Assembly (NCBI GenBank): GCA_024278985.1
Contig: JAJRSC010000022.1
Span: 1 to 12,961, forward strand
From: an archaeon
GTDB taxonomy: Archaea > AGJL01 > Methanococci > Methanococcales > Methanocaldococcaceae
Length of the DNA stretch: 12,961 nucleotides
Direction of reading: 5' to 3'
Positions 1 to 8,381 of the stretch are shown here, piece by piece. Each line of letters opens with the position of its first letter. The stretch's first letter is position 1. The notes under the pieces are model-generated. The model did not search any database, had not been told where the DNA came from, and saw only the letters and a list, made by a program, of their open reading frames with translations. The position numbers were made by a program, and so were the translations under genes.

Positions 1-1005
1 ACCAACGATTTCAATTTTATCCTCTGCTTCACCAACTTTAACCAACTCAAACCCAAAACTTTTAGGACCAGCTAATTCTACATACATATCTGGCCTTCTA
101 ATTCTTTCTCCTTCATTCATTGGTCCTACTGATACGGGAATATCAAATTCCTTAACTTTAATCTCAATTCCTTTCATTTTTAAAGCATTTTCTACAATAT
201 TATCAATTTCTGAACTTTCTAAAGCTCCTGGGATTGTTGGAACTTCATTATCTGTTATAACTGGAATTCCTGCCTTTATACATCCTGCACCAGCTGAGAG
301 AGTTATATTATCAATTTCTCCAAGTGCTAAGATAACAGCAGGAACTCTATTTTTTAAATAGTCTATAATCTCCTCAACATTGCCAGGTTTAATATTTCCA
401 AAAATTAAAGGAGCTCTTATTGCAAGATTAGCAGCATGAGCAGCAGAGCTAATTTCATCCCCAACAGGAACTAACAATTTATCTAATCCATATTCAATAT
501 TTGCCTCATCCATCTCTTTAACAATATCCCCAATAAACAAAGCTAAAATATTTCTTTTTCTAATATCATCAATTAATTTTATTAATTTATCTTTATCTCC
601 AACTTTACCAATAACTACAAAAATAGCAGGAATTTTTCCTTCAACTAATGGTACCCCTAAACCTCTTAATATTTCATCTGGAATAAAACCTGTATATGGT
701 TCTTTATAAGGATTTGGATTTTTGGCATATTTTAAAGCTTCTAAAGCCTCAGCACATATTAATGTAACAATTCCTGCATTTAGAGCATTTTCTAAAGTTT
801 CCTCCTCTTTAATCTCTAAACTATTTAAGAGTTCTTTTAACTGACTAACATTTTCAATTTTTTTACCTGTTAAACCATAAATAAGAGGTAGGTTATATAA
901 TGTTCCTGGAAATCCTAATTTTAGGTTATTGTCCTCTTTATTAACTAAATCTCTTGCTAAGTTTAATACTACTTTAGCTCCCTCTAAAATATTTTTTACA
1001 ACCAT
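1..1005 (-). CDS. cdhC: Acetyl-CoA synthase / ACDS beta subunit, long form with bacterial AcsB-like N-terminal domain (5' part; continues past the left edge)
   Basis: Hand translation of the reverse strand from ATG at 1005 gives 335 codons with no stop: MVVKNILEGAKVVLNLARDLVNKEDNNLKLGFPGTLYNLPLIYGLTG...YTGFIPDEILRGLGVPLVEGKIPAI...AHAANLAIRAPLIFG...NRVPAV...DIPVSVGPMNEGERIRRPDMYVELAGPKSFGFELV. The FPGTxYxLP, GFIxDxIxRxLGVPLVxGxIP and DIPVxxGPxxEGERIRxxDMYVE motifs are typical of AcsB/CdhC. SD GGTGA at 1014-1010 (minus strand). A-cluster cysteines lie outside the window. Confidence 0.93.
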   Translation of the reverse strand, partial: MVVKNILEGAKVVLNLARDLVNKEDNNLKLGFPGTLYNLPLIYGLTGKKIENVSQLKELLNSLEIKEEETLENALNAGIVTLICAEALEALKYAKNPNPYKEPYTGFIPDEILRGLGVPLVEGKIPAIFVVIGKVGDKDKLIKLIDDIRKRNILALFIGDIVKEMDEANIEYGLDKLLVPVGDEISSAAHAANLAIRAPLIFGNIKPGNVEEIIDYLKNRVPAVILALGEIDNITLSAGAGCIKAGIPVITDNEVPTIPGALESSEIDNIVENALKMKGIEIKVKEFDIPVSVGPMNEGERIRRPDMYVELAGPKSFGFELVKVGEAEDKIEIVG

Positions 1006-1122
1006 AATTTCACCAAATAAAAATATATATCTAACCCTTAATCATTATAATAAAAGCAAAAAATTTTAAAAATCTATTTAATAAAAAATTAAAATTTTGT
1101 AATAATATACAGGTTGGTGGGT
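1006..1122. promoter_or_regulatory. Divergent promoter region for cdhC and the smc-led gene run
   Basis: Only sizeable intergenic gap (117 bp), between divergent starts. Candidate plus-strand BRE/TATA GCAAAAAA-TTTTAAAA at 1056-1071. Candidate minus-strand TATA around the palindrome ATTATAAT at 1044-1051. Exact elements are uncertain in such AT-rich DNA. Confidence 0.5.
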
Positions 1123-3813
1123 ATGCTAACTAAAATAGAACTAAAAAATTTTAAATCCTTTAAAAATTTAAGTTTAGAAATTCCAGAGGGATTTACAGCA
1201 ATTGTTGGACCAAATGGTTCAGGAAAATCCAACATTGTGGATGCTATATTATTTGTTTTAGGAAAAACTACAGCAAAAAAGTTGAGAGCTGATAGATTTA
1301 AGAATTTAATAACTTACCATAAAGGTAGAAAAGCAGATTCTGCTGAGGTAATACTTTATTTTAAAAATACAAAAATTAAAAATCTTCCTGAAAATTTTGG
1401 AATTTTAAGAAGAATTAAAAAGACAGGAGAAACAGAATATTTTTTAATAACTGATAAAAACAGAAAAAAACTAACTAAAACTGAAATAATTGATATATTC
1501 AGAAGATTAAATTTATTGGGGAATAATATTATTTCTCAGGGTGATTTAATTAAGGTTATAAATATTTCTCCAATTGAAAGAAGAAAAATTATTGATGAAA
1601 TCTGTGGAGTGGTTGAATTTGATGAGAAAAAGAAAAAAGCCGAGGAAGAGCTAAAAAAGGCAAGAGATTATATTGAAATGATAGATATAAGAATTGGAGA
1701 AGTTAAAAAACATTTAGAAAAACTAAAAAAGGAAAAAGAAGATGCAGAGAAATATTTAGAGTTAAGTAAAAAATTAAAAGAAGCAAAATATACACTAATA
1801 ATTAAAAAAATAGATTTCTTAAAAAAGATTATTAACTATGTTAAGGAGAATATAAAAATTTTAGAAGAAACTAAAGAAGAACTTAGTAAGAAAGTAAAAG
1901 AGATAGATAATATTATAAAAGAAAAAAATGAAAAAATTAAAAGTATTTTAAAAGAACTTGAAAATACTGAAGTTTTAGAGCTATATAAGGATATAAAAAG
2001 TTTAGAATTAGAAATAGAAAATGATTCAAAGTTATTAAAAAACTTACTTGATGAGAAAGAGAAATTAATTAAAGAAAGAGGAGAAAAATTAAATGAACTC
2101 AAAAAAATTGAAAATGATATTATTATATACAATAATGAGATTAAAACATTATCAAACAATTATAAAAAATTAGAAGAAGAGTTAAAAAATCTTATTATTG
2201 AGAAAAACAAGATATTAGAAAAGATATCAAAAATTAATAATGAAATAAGTGATTTAAAAAATCAGGAACTGTTTTTATCTAATGAACTTAATAATTATCA
2301 AAATCTTTTATACTCTTTAAAAGATGAATTAAATAAAATTGAGAGAGAGATAGAAAAAAAAGAATTTGAAATTTCTAAAAATCTTGAAAAAATTGAAATG
2401 TTAAAAAAAGAAATGGATATTACTGTTGAAGATAGTAAGCCACTATACTTAGAAATAGAAAATTTAAATGTTGAAATTGAATTTTTAAAAAGAGATATTA
2501 AAGAACTTGAAGAAAAAGAAAAGAACTTAAGAGAAAAATTAAACTCTTTATATTCTGAATATGCAAAAGAGGAGGCCAAAATTAGGGCATTAAATGAAAT
2601 TGATGACTTAAAAATAGATAAAGCTATTAAAGAAGTCCTTTCACTTCCTGGAGTTATTGATATTGTTGGAAACTTAGCCAAAACCAAACCAGAGTATAAA
2701 AAAGCTATTGAAATTGCTGGAGGAAATAGGTTAAATTTTGTAGTTGTTGAAACTGCAGATGATGCAGTTAGAGCTATAAAATACTTAAAGAGTAAAAACT
2801 TAGGTAGGATTTCATTTATTCCTTTGGATAGAATTAGTGGAAAAAAGGCAAAGATTATTTTAGAGGATGGGGTTGTAGGTAATGCTATTGACTTAGTTGA
2901 TTTTGATGAAAAGTATAGAAAGGTTTTTGAGTTTGTTTTTGGAGATACTGTTATAGTTGAAGATATTGAAATAGGTAAAGAACTATCTAAAAAATATAAA
3001 TTAAGGTTTGTAAGTTTAGATGGAGATGTTGTTGAGCCCTCAGGAGTTATAACAGGAGGGACTTTTAAAAGTAGAGCAAAAATAAATATTGATGTAGATA
3101 AATCTAAACTTCTCAGCTTATCTAAAGCTATTAAGGAAACTGATTTAAAAATTAGAAATTTAAGAGAAGATATTGAAAAAAAGAGAAATGAATTAAATAA
3201 AAAAATTAAAAAAAAGATGGAGATTGAGCATAAGCTTGAATTTATTAAAAAAGAAGAACTTAGAAAAAGAAAGATAAAGGAAATAAACAGGATGAAGATT
3301 AAAGAACTTAATTTAAAAATTGAGACCTTAAAAGAAGAAATCAATAATCTGCTTAAAAATAAAGAAGATATATTAAATAAAATAAATGAAATATCTAAAA
3401 AGATTTCAAATATAAATAAAGAAAGGGAAAATATTTTAAAAAAGCTTAAAGAGTTTGAAAATAGAGAAGAGCTTAAACAATTTAATTTAATTGAGGAGAA
3501 AATTAATAATATCAAAAGTGAAATGGAGACTATTGAAAAGGAGCTTAATAAAAAGTCTCTTTTAGTTAATGATATTCTACATAAAAAACTTGAAGATGTT
3601 AAAAATAGATTGAAAGAATTAGATGAAAAAATAAATTCAATTAGTTTAAACATTGAAATATATAAGAAAAATATAGATAAAAATTTAAATATCTTAGAAG
3701 AGAAAAAGATGAGATATAATAATCTCTCAGAACAATTAAAGGAACTAAATGATACTAAAAAAATCTTAGAAGATGAAATTAAAGAACTTGAAAAAGAGAA
3801 AGAGAAATATTAG
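1123..3813 (+). CDS. smc: SMC N-terminal head, coiled coil, hinge and most of the return coil (upstream fragment)
   Basis: ORF 1114..3813. ATG at 1123 (MLTKIELKNFKSF) matches the usual SMC N-terminus. Contains Walker A, Q-loop and GX6GX3GG hinge motif. Confidence 0.9.
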   Translation: MLTKIELKNFKSFKNLSLEIPEGFTAIVGPNGSGKSNIVDAILFVLGKTTAKKLRADRFKNLITYHKGRKADSAEVILYFKNTKIKNLPENFGILRRIKKTGETEYFLITDKNRKKLTKTEIIDIFRRLNLLGNNIISQGDLIKVINISPIERRKIIDEICGVVEFDEKKKKAEEELKKARDYIEMIDIRIGEVKKHLEKLKKEKEDAEKYLELSKKLKEAKYTLIIKKIDFLKKIINYVKENIKILEETKEELSKKVKEIDNIIKEKNEKIKSILKELENTEVLELYKDIKSLELEIENDSKLLKNLLDEKEKLIKERGEKLNELKKIENDIIIYNNEIKTLSNNYKKLEEELKNLIIEKNKILEKISKINNEISDLKNQELFLSNELNNYQNLLYSLKDELNKIEREIEKKEFEISKNLEKIEMLKKEMDITVEDSKPLYLEIENLNVEIEFLKRDIKELEEKEKNLREKLNSLYSEYAKEEAKIRALNEIDDLKIDKAIKEVLSLPGVIDIVGNLAKTKPEYKKAIEIAGGNRLNFVVVETADDAVRAIKYLKSKNLGRISFIPLDRISGKKAKIILEDGVVGNAIDLVDFDEKYRKVFEFVFGDTVIVEDIEIGKELSKKYKLRFVSLDGDVVEPSGVITGGTFKSRAKINIDVDKSKLLSLSKAIKETDLKIRNLREDIEKKRNELNKKIKKKMEIEHKLEFIKKEELRKRKIKEINRMKIKELNLKIETLKEEINNLLKNKEDILNKINEISKKISNINKERENILKKLKEFENREELKQFNLIEEKINNIKSEMETIEKELNKKSLLVNDILHKKLEDVKNRLKELDEKINSISLNIEIYKKNIDKNLNILEEKKMRYNNLSEQLKELNDTKKILEDEIKELEKEKEKY

Positions 3814-4586
3814 ATAAAATTAAAAATATAGATAAAGAAATACATAATTTTAAAATTGACTTAGCAAAATATGAGAGTAAGCTTGAAGAAGAAAAGAAAA
3901 AACTATATTTCTGTGAAAAGACAAAAATACCAGATGAATTTTTAAATATGGATATTAAAGAACTTGAAATTTTAATTGGAAAATTAGAAGAAGATATAAA
4001 AAATTTAGAACCTGTGAATATGAGGGCTATTGAAGACTATAACTATATTTATGAAAGATACAGTGAATTAATTAAAAAAAGAGAGGAATATGAAAAAGAA
4101 GAGAAAAAATGCCTTGAAATGATTAAAGAAATAGAAAAAAGAAAAAAAGAGGTATTTATGGAAGTATTTAATAAAATTGCTAAAAACTTTGAAGAGATAT
4201 ATAAAGAAATTGGAGGAGTTGGAAAATTAAGATTAGAAAATAAAAAAAATCCATTTGAGGGAGGGTTATTAATTGATGCATCTCCAAGAGGTAAGAAGTT
4301 GCTAAGTTTAGATGCTATGAGTGGAGGAGAAAAAGCTTTAACTGCATTAGCATTTTTATTTGCAATTCAAAAATTAAACCCATCCCCTTTTTATGTTTTG
4401 GATGAAGTTGATGCTCCACTTGATGTTAAAAATGTCTCACTAATAGCAGATATGATTAAAAATTCTTCTAAAGAAAGTCAATTTATTATTATAACCCATA
4501 GAGAACAAATGCTCAGTAAAGCTGAAACTGTTTATGGAGTTTATATGGAGGATGGATTAAGTAAAGTTGTTGGATTAAAATTATAG
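3792..4586 (+). CDS. smc: SMC C-terminal coil and head (downstream fragment; ORF track start 3948 is probably an internal Met)
   Basis: Frame open from 3792: KREREILDKIKNIDKEIHNFKIDLAKYESKLEEEKKKLYFCEK...MDIKELE...LEPVNMRAIEDY...MSGGEK...LDEVDAPLD...ITHR. No SD-like motif before ATG 3948. Confidence 0.88.
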   Translation, partial: KREREILDKIKNIDKEIHNFKIDLAKYESKLEEEKKKLYFCEKTKIPDEFLNMDIKELEILIGKLEEDIKNLEPVNMRAIEDYNYIYERYSELIKKREEYEKEEKKCLEMIKEIEKRKKEVFMEVFNKIAKNFEEIYKEIGGVGKLRLENKKNPFEGGLLIDASPRGKKLLSLDAMSGGEKALTALAFLFAIQKLNPSPFYVLDEVDAPLDVKNVSLIADMIKNSSKESQFIIITHREQMLSKAETVYGVYMEDGLSKVVGLKL

Positions 4587-4595
4587 GGGCTAACA

Positions 4596-4916
4596 ATGAT
4601 TAACATTTTTGCTTATGGAGAACTTTGTAAAGATAATATTTTAAAATCTCTTATTGGTAGAGTTCCAAAGAAAATAAAAGGTAAAGTTTTTGGCTATAAA
4701 AAAGTATTTTGGGATGATATTGGATATTTTGGGGCTATTAAGGGAAATGGAGAAATAGAAGGGTTTATTTTATTAAATATTTCAAGAGATGAATTAAAAA
4801 TTATTGATGATTATGAAGATTTAGGTATTTATTATATAAGAGAAAAAACTAAAGCTATTGGGGAGGATGGAAAGGAGTATGAGGTTTATATATATTTAAG
4901 AAAACTACCAAAGTGA
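4596..4916 (+). CDS. Gamma-glutamylcyclotransferase / AIG2-like family protein
   Basis: 106 aa. N-terminal FAYGEL (YGxL motif), DDYED segment with the likely catalytic Glu, and C-terminal VYIY. AGGGG SD-like site at 4585-4589 overlaps the smc stop. Confidence 0.85.
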   Translation: MINIFAYGELCKDNILKSLIGRVPKKIKGKVFGYKKVFWDDIGYFGAIKGNGEIEGFILLNISRDELKIIDDYEDLGIYYIREKTKAIGEDGKEYEVYIYLRKLPK

Positions 4917-5725
4917 AAATTATGATAATAACAGATAACCATGCTCATGTTGATTCAATAAATGGTTTAGGACCTATAAAAGTAGCTAAAACTTTTTATA
5001 ATGCTGGAGGGAGAGTTTTAATTTTATTAAATAAACCAATATTTGGGAAGATAGAGAAGAGTATGGATATATTAATTAGAGATATACAAAAAATAAATAA
5101 AGAGACAAATGTTAAAGCTTTTGGTTTAGTTGGAGTACATCCAGCAGAATTAACTTATTTAACTAAATATATTCCTTTAAATGAGGCAAAAGAAAGAATT
5201 ATAAAAGGTTTAAATTATGCTAAAAAACTGGTTGAAGAGTATGATTTTTTAGTTGGGATTGGGGAGGTAGGTAGGCCACATTATCCTGTAAGTGAAGAAA
5301 TTTGGAATGTATCTAACGAGTTGTTAGAATATTCTTTAACCTTAGCCAAAGATATTGATTGTTCTGTTCAAATTCATGCTGAATCTTCAGATGAAAAAGT
5401 TTTTAAGGAAATTTATGAGATGTGCAAAAGGGTTGGAATAAATAAAGATAGAGTCATTAAACATTTTACAACTAAATTTATTGATAATTATATATTCCCT
5501 TCAATGCTTGCAAATAAAGTTAATGAAGATATATTTAAAAAATCTTACAGGTTTGTTATGGAAACTGATTATATTGATGATTTAAAGAGACCTGGAGCTG
5601 TTTTAGGAATAAAGACAGTTCCAAGAATTACTAAAAAACTAATTGAAAAAGGAATTGATGAAGAGATTTTTTATAAAATACATAAGGAGAATATTGAAAA
5701 AATTTATAATATTAGTTTAGAGTGA
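4913..5725 (+). CDS. TatD-related metal-dependent hydrolase (amidohydrolase TIM barrel, archaeal type)
   Basis: Motifs TDNHAH (HxH), GVHP, GIGEVGRPHY, QIH, KH and METD. Start is either GTG 4913 (GTGA overlap with the upstream stop) or ATG 4922. Confidence 0.87.
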   Translation: MKIMIITDNHAHVDSINGLGPIKVAKTFYNAGGRVLILLNKPIFGKIEKSMDILIRDIQKINKETNVKAFGLVGVHPAELTYLTKYIPLNEAKERIIKGLNYAKKLVEEYDFLVGIGEVGRPHYPVSEEIWNVSNELLEYSLTLAKDIDCSVQIHAESSDEKVFKEIYEMCKRVGINKDRVIKHFTTKFIDNYIFPSMLANKVNEDIFKKSYRFVMETDYIDDLKRPGAVLGIKTVPRITKKLIEKGIDEEIFYKIHKENIEKIYNISLE

Positions 5726-5729
5726 AAAC

Positions 5730-6677
5730 ATGAAAATAATATGCCCCTCAAGGATTCATATAACATTAATAGATTTAAATGGTTCAATAGGTAGAGTTGA
5801 TGGAGGAGTAGGGATAGCATTGGAAGAACCTAAATTAGTTTTAAAAGGTAAAGAAGAGGAAAAAATAATTATTGAATCAGATAATGAAAAAATTAGAGAA
5901 AGGATATATAACATTTCTAAAAAAATTCTAAATTATATAGGAGAGAAAGGAGTTTATATAAAAGTTTTGGAAGACTTTCCTCAACATTCTGGGTTAGGAA
6001 GTGGAACACAGTTAGCTCTTGGTGTTGGGACCCTAATATCTAATATTTATAATATTTCTCTTTCTCCATATGAAATAGCAAAAATAACAGGTAGAGGAGG
6101 AACTTCTGGGATTGGAATAGGGGCATTTAGCTATGGTGGGTTTTTAATTGATGGGGGACATAGTTTTAAAGAAAAAAAAGGATTTAAACCTTCCTCAGCA
6201 TCTTCAGGAGTTACTCCAGCCCCTATAATATTTAGGCATGATTTTAACTGGGATTTAACTCTAATTATACCAGAGGGAAAACATATTTTTGGTTTAAAGG
6301 AAATAGATATATTTAATAAATATTGTCCTATTCCTTTAGAGGATGTTAGAGAGTTGTGTCATCTTATATTAATGAAATTAATGCCTGCTATTGTAGATGA
6401 TAATTTTAATGATTTTGGAGAGGTAATAAATAGAATTCAACATATTGGTTTTAAAAAAGTTGAACTTTCTTTACAGAGTTCAGTAGTAAGAGAAATAATA
6501 TCAACCCTACAACAAAACTTTTATGCAGGGTTGTCAAGTTTTGGCCCAACAATATACGCCCTTGGAAATCATAAAGAAATAAAATCAGTAGTAAAGGAAA
6601 TATTTAATAAACATAATATTAAAGGTAATATTATTAAAACTAAGGCAAATAATGAGGGTCATAAGATTGGTGAGTAG
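5730..6677 (+). CDS. mptG: Beta-ribofuranosylaminobenzene 5'-phosphate (RFA-P) synthase, methanopterin biosynthesis (GHMP-kinase fold)
   Basis: PSRIHITLIDLNGSIGRVDGGVG, PQHSGLGSGTQ, GRGGTSGIG, GGFLIDGGH and SSFGPT are characteristic of RFA-P synthases. Confidence 0.92.
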   Translation: MKIICPSRIHITLIDLNGSIGRVDGGVGIALEEPKLVLKGKEEEKIIIESDNEKIRERIYNISKKILNYIGEKGVYIKVLEDFPQHSGLGSGTQLALGVGTLISNIYNISLSPYEIAKITGRGGTSGIGIGAFSYGGFLIDGGHSFKEKKGFKPSSASSGVTPAPIIFRHDFNWDLTLIIPEGKHIFGLKEIDIFNKYCPIPLEDVRELCHLILMKLMPAIVDDNFNDFGEVINRIQHIGFKKVELSLQSSVVREIISTLQQNFYAGLSSFGPTIYALGNHKEIKSVVKEIFNKHNIKGNIIKTKANNEGHKIGE

Positions 6678-6679
6678 AT

Positions 6680-8377
6680 GTGTTTAAGAAAATTAACAAA
6701 TTAATAAAAAAATTATTTATAAATGATGATATTTATTTTAAAAAAATAAAAGAAGCTGAAATGTATATTGATAAAGGGGAGTATGATAAAGCTATAGAAA
6801 TTTATAAAAATTTATTAGATGAAGGTTATACTCTTAGAGCCGCTGATTATGCTAATTTAGCATATGCATTACTATCTAAGAACAATTTAGAAGAGGCTTT
6901 AAAATATATAAATAAGGCAATTCAATTAAATAAAAAAAATGTTCTTTTTTATTATATAAGGGGATTAATATATTACAATTTAAAGAGATATAGAGAGGCA
7001 TATACTGATTTAATTAAAGTAGCTACAAAAATTAAAAAACATGATATATATAAGGCTCTTGGAGATATTTTATTATCTTTTGGAAAATATGAAGAGGCTT
7101 TAGAAAATTATTTAAAAGCTTATAAACTTAAAAATAGTGATACACAAGTTTTATTTAAAATAGGGGTTTTATACTTATTATTTGGAGAAATTGAGAAGTC
7201 CTATGAAATTTTTAAAGAAATTCCAAACTGTAAAATTTATAATAGTATGGAAACTTTACTTAATATGATAAGAAATAATATATTTGATGATATTGAAAGA
7301 GCATTAAAGCATTTAGAAAATAAGGAATATATTGAGGCATTAAAATTATTTAATAAGGTTTTAGAGTATGATAATGAAAATGACATTATTTATTATTATA
7401 AGGCAGTTATAGGGGAAGAGTTCCAAGAGTATAATAAAGGGTTAAATAATATTGATATATCAATAGGTATATTTGATAGAGCTGTTTTTTATTCAAAAAA
7501 AGGGGATATTTTATTAAGAATGAATAAAATAGAAGATTCAATAAATGAATATCAAAATTCTTTAAAAAGATTTCATAATATTTTAGCATATTTTGGCTTA
7601 GCATTGGCATATTTCAAAAAGAAAGATTTTAAAAATGCTTCTGAATATTTTGATAAGGTTCTTGAAACTCCTGGAGAAAATGTTCCTAAATATCTTGAAG
7701 ATATTATAATAATATACTCATTAATAGGTAAAGCTGAATCTACAGGAATAAAAAAATATTATGAAAGTGCATTAGAATATATAGATAAGATTTCACATAT
7801 TGATATTAATACAGAGATATATTTAGTAAAGGCATATATATACTATAAGTTAGGAAACTATAAAATTGCTATAAATATACTTAATGAGTTAATTAACAAA
7901 GGTATTAGAGAGTTAAGGATATTAGAGTATCTTATTATTTTACAAACAAAAATTGGAAGATTGGATGAAGCATTATATTTAACTGAATATATAACTGATG
8001 AAGATAAAAGAAATAAAATTTTAGAAAAAATACAAAATGATGATGAAACTCTTCAACTTCCTACACCTATTTTAAATCCTCCAGTACTTTTTTACACTAT
8101 GGATATTATTCAATATCATTTAAGTGTTTTATATAAATATCTTTATAAAAATCCAATATTGGCTTATATATATGCTGAATTTTTAGATAGAGAAGTGTTG
8201 AAAATTATTTATGATGAAAATGTTAAAAATAAACTCGTTGAAATAATTAAAATAATTAAAGAAGAATATCCTAAAGAGATGTATGAATATGCTAATAATA
8301 TGGATAAGTATATTCCAAATGTTGAGATTATTAATAAATTAGTTCAAATTTTTAAAGAGTTAAAGATTTTAATGTGA
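6680..8377 (+). CDS. Tetratricopeptide-repeat protein
   Basis: 565 aa with many ~34-aa TPR-type units (e.g. NLAYALLSKNNLEEALKYINKAIQLN, ALGDILLSFGKYEEALENYLKAYKLK, GLALAYFKKKDFKNASEYFDKVLE) and a non-TPR helical C-terminus. GTG start 6 nt after GGTGA (6669-6673). Confidence 0.9.
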   Translation: MFKKINKLIKKLFINDDIYFKKIKEAEMYIDKGEYDKAIEIYKNLLDEGYTLRAADYANLAYALLSKNNLEEALKYINKAIQLNKKNVLFYYIRGLIYYNLKRYREAYTDLIKVATKIKKHDIYKALGDILLSFGKYEEALENYLKAYKLKNSDTQVLFKIGVLYLLFGEIEKSYEIFKEIPNCKIYNSMETLLNMIRNNIFDDIERALKHLENKEYIEALKLFNKVLEYDNENDIIYYYKAVIGEEFQEYNKGLNNIDISIGIFDRAVFYSKKGDILLRMNKIEDSINEYQNSLKRFHNILAYFGLALAYFKKKDFKNASEYFDKVLETPGENVPKYLEDIIIIYSLIGKAESTGIKKYYESALEYIDKISHIDINTEIYLVKAYIYYKLGNYKIAINILNELINKGIRELRILEYLIILQTKIGRLDEALYLTEYITDEDKRNKILEKIQNDDETLQLPTPILNPPVLFYTMDIIQYHLSVLYKYLYKNPILAYIYAEFLDREVLKIIYDENVKNKLVEIIKIIKEEYPKEMYEYANNMDKYIPNVEIINKLVQIFKELKILM

Positions 8378-8381
8378 TATT

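Larger units (their letters stand above)
1123..4586 (+). pseudogene. smc: Chromosome segregation protein SMC, interrupted as assembled by one -1 frameshift at ~3792-3810 (about 1154 aa if one base is restored; may be a sequencing error rather than a true pseudogene)
   Basis: All SMC motifs are present in order across two frames: Walker A GPNGSGKS, Q-loop ISQGD, coiled coil, hinge DGDVVEPSGVITGG, coiled coil, signature MSGGEK, Walker B/D-loop FYVLDEVDAPLD and H-loop IITH. The downstream frame is open from 3792 and overlaps the upstream frame, which stops at TAG 3811-3813. Confidence 0.85.

Noticed and set aside
2298-3653. 451-aa antisense ORF (and 107-aa ORF 1836..2159) inside smc
   Set aside because: Shadow ORFs. 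In this register a minus-strand stop needs a Tyr/His/Gln codon preceded by a pyrimidine, which is rare in a Lys/Glu/Ile/Leu coiled coil. The product is low-complexity Ser/Phe/Ile/Leu with no motifs.
3948-4586. Independent 212-aa ABC-ATPase gene
   Set aside because: It is the SMC C-terminal half: no Walker A, no SD, and the frame stays open with SMC-like sequence 52 codons upstream of the ATG.
6678-6704. Out-of-frame ATG mini-ORF (MCLRKLTN) overlapping the TPR GTG start
   Set aside because: The SD spacing suits GTG 6680 (6 nt after GGTGA), and there is no evidence that the 8-codon ORF is used.
7407-7610. 67-aa antisense ORF within the TPR gene
   Set aside because: Short, fully overlaps a well-supported gene, and has no recognisable motif.
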